DNA of 63,821 nt, the filler included, from Octopus bimaculoides (Eukaryota): the NCBI RefSeq assembly GCF_001194135.2. It is 6 parts of 6 records of this genome, joined end to end, with 100 filler letters (N's around TTAATTAATTAA, not from the genome) between each part and the next. Parts side by side here need not be neighbours in the genome. Positions count along the whole stretch, not along the records: positions 62,407 to 63,821 come from NC_068982.1; 5 more parts are not named here. One strand, given 5' to 3'. A program made the translations under genes and the position numbers. The notes below the pieces were generated by a model. That model worked only from the letters and a program-made list of their open reading frames with translations. It was not told the DNA's origin and did not search any database. Shown one piece after another: positions 62,560-63,821 of this stretch. Each line of letters opens with the position of its first letter. Position 1 is the stretch's first letter.

Positions 62560-63275
62560 CCATTTCAACGATGCGTACTGCCTTAATTCTTCGAAACGCC
62601 GGTGTTTTAATGGTGGCAGCTGATGAAGGAGATGTTTCTATGTGGCTTGCTTGTTTGTTGTACCTTGTTTATCATTTTGTCCATGTTCTTTTGCCACGTC
62701 ATGTACCCAGTTATGTATCTATATGTACATGTAGATGAAGGTATGTACATACATGTACATATATATGCATATACTCATATATTGTTTATATATATATATA
62801 TGAAGAATAAAATAAATGAATATGTACATATATCACACACTCACGATCTCTTTACTGGCTGTTTGGCAGCTTAGCTAGCTTTCCCTTTCTCCTTTCCGAT
62901 GTAGAGTTATGCGTAAAACGTCAAACTTTCACTTTTCACCAAGAGTGAAGCTAATACATTTCTTGTGCACGTTCTCTTGTTTTCCGTCAATTTTATTCGT
63001 TTATTTGAATTGATTGTTTATTTCAATTGACAATATATATATATATTGCGTATTTAACTAATTTGTTTTCGTATTTCATGTTGTTTACTGTTGGTGACGT
63101 CCTGTACCCATATATCCCAATATATATATATATATATTATTTATATTATTATTTAATTGAACGCCACGCATCCATTTCCAAGTAAGTTTATCTTCATCCT
63201 TTTCTAATTCCCTTTTTCTTCCTTTCACCGTTTTCTACCTCTCTTTCTTTTTCTCCCCGCTTTCTCTTTTTCTCC

Positions 63276-63338
<63 letters not shown>

Positions 63339-63810
63339 GCTCACACGTGACCATCTTCCATCTTTCGTTTCCTCACGTAACAATGTTTCTTTTCCTCCAG
63401 GTCGTCCAAAGGACTGGTCGTTTTCTATTTCTCTTCTATCTTTTCTCTTTTAAAAGAAAATATTTCTCCAGCGTTCGCTATGTTACACTTGTTCTGGTCT
63501 AACGAGCCTCCATGTTTGTTTTCGTTCGGTTTCCCTGTATGCCTCCACTGTCCTGTTTTTGTTCCTAACTTTAACCTTCCATGAATCCAAAATTTTATTT
63601 TGGTATTTATGGGAGCAACTGTCCTCGAAGACTCATATTGTCGTTCAATTCTCAAAACGAGGAGTAGATAGACAGCCGACAACTGATGAAGTGTCGTTCT
63701 CTTTGTATTACTTATCCATTTTGTCTCTCGTTATTTGCGTACTTAACTCATTTGTTTTCGTATTTGATGCTGTTTACTATTGGTGACGTCCTGTACCCAT
63801 ATATGCATAT
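62560..63810 (+). mobile_element. Cluster of partially tandem Penelope-type terminal repeats with hammerhead-like half motifs
   Basis: About 70-bp direct repeat ...tttgttttcgtattt...tgtttact.ttggtgacgtcctgtacccatatat at 63043-63115 and 63732-63804; GAAAC...CTGATGA pairs at 62593/62620 and (decayed) 63654/63683; decayed type I motif at 62892-62925. Confidence 0.45.
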
Positions 63811-63821
63811 ATATATATATA

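Overview
Repeat-dominated eukaryotic draft sequence: AT-rich, with dense (TA)n/(CA)n/(ATAC)n/(AAT)n microsatellites and many N gaps. The SINE families and microsatellite load look like an octopod cephalopod (inference, no search run). Five identical 100-bp spacers (44 N + TTAATTAATTAA + 44 N at 14857, 41214, 43238, 51011 and 62307) are artificial joins, so the window is six pieces whose true adjacency is not shown. One host-gene element is well supported: a first coding exon at 51956-51754 (minus strand) with a GTGAGT donor, a TISU/YY1-like start context and a perfect TAGTCACGTGACTA (CLEAR/E-box) palindrome 7 nt upstream. It is tentatively spatacsin-like. The rest is mostly transposon debris: a full-length dead mariner inserted into the CxxC of a decayed Ty3/Gypsy integrase, two RTE-clade RT fragments, two L2/Jockey-group 3' ends, a mariner fold-back element, a mariner-type MITE, a 223-bp MITE with 100-bp TIRs, a 9-bp TSD and telomere-like repeats, an internally deleted Helitron, a Penelope GIY-YIG remnant, and four tRNA-head SINE families. 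The most interesting signals are several minimal hammerhead-ribozyme-like motifs linked to Penelope-type ends (best at 55017-55061), several long hairpins or inverted repeats, and a CpG-decay domain confined to piece 1. No convincing wholly new protein-coding system is visible.
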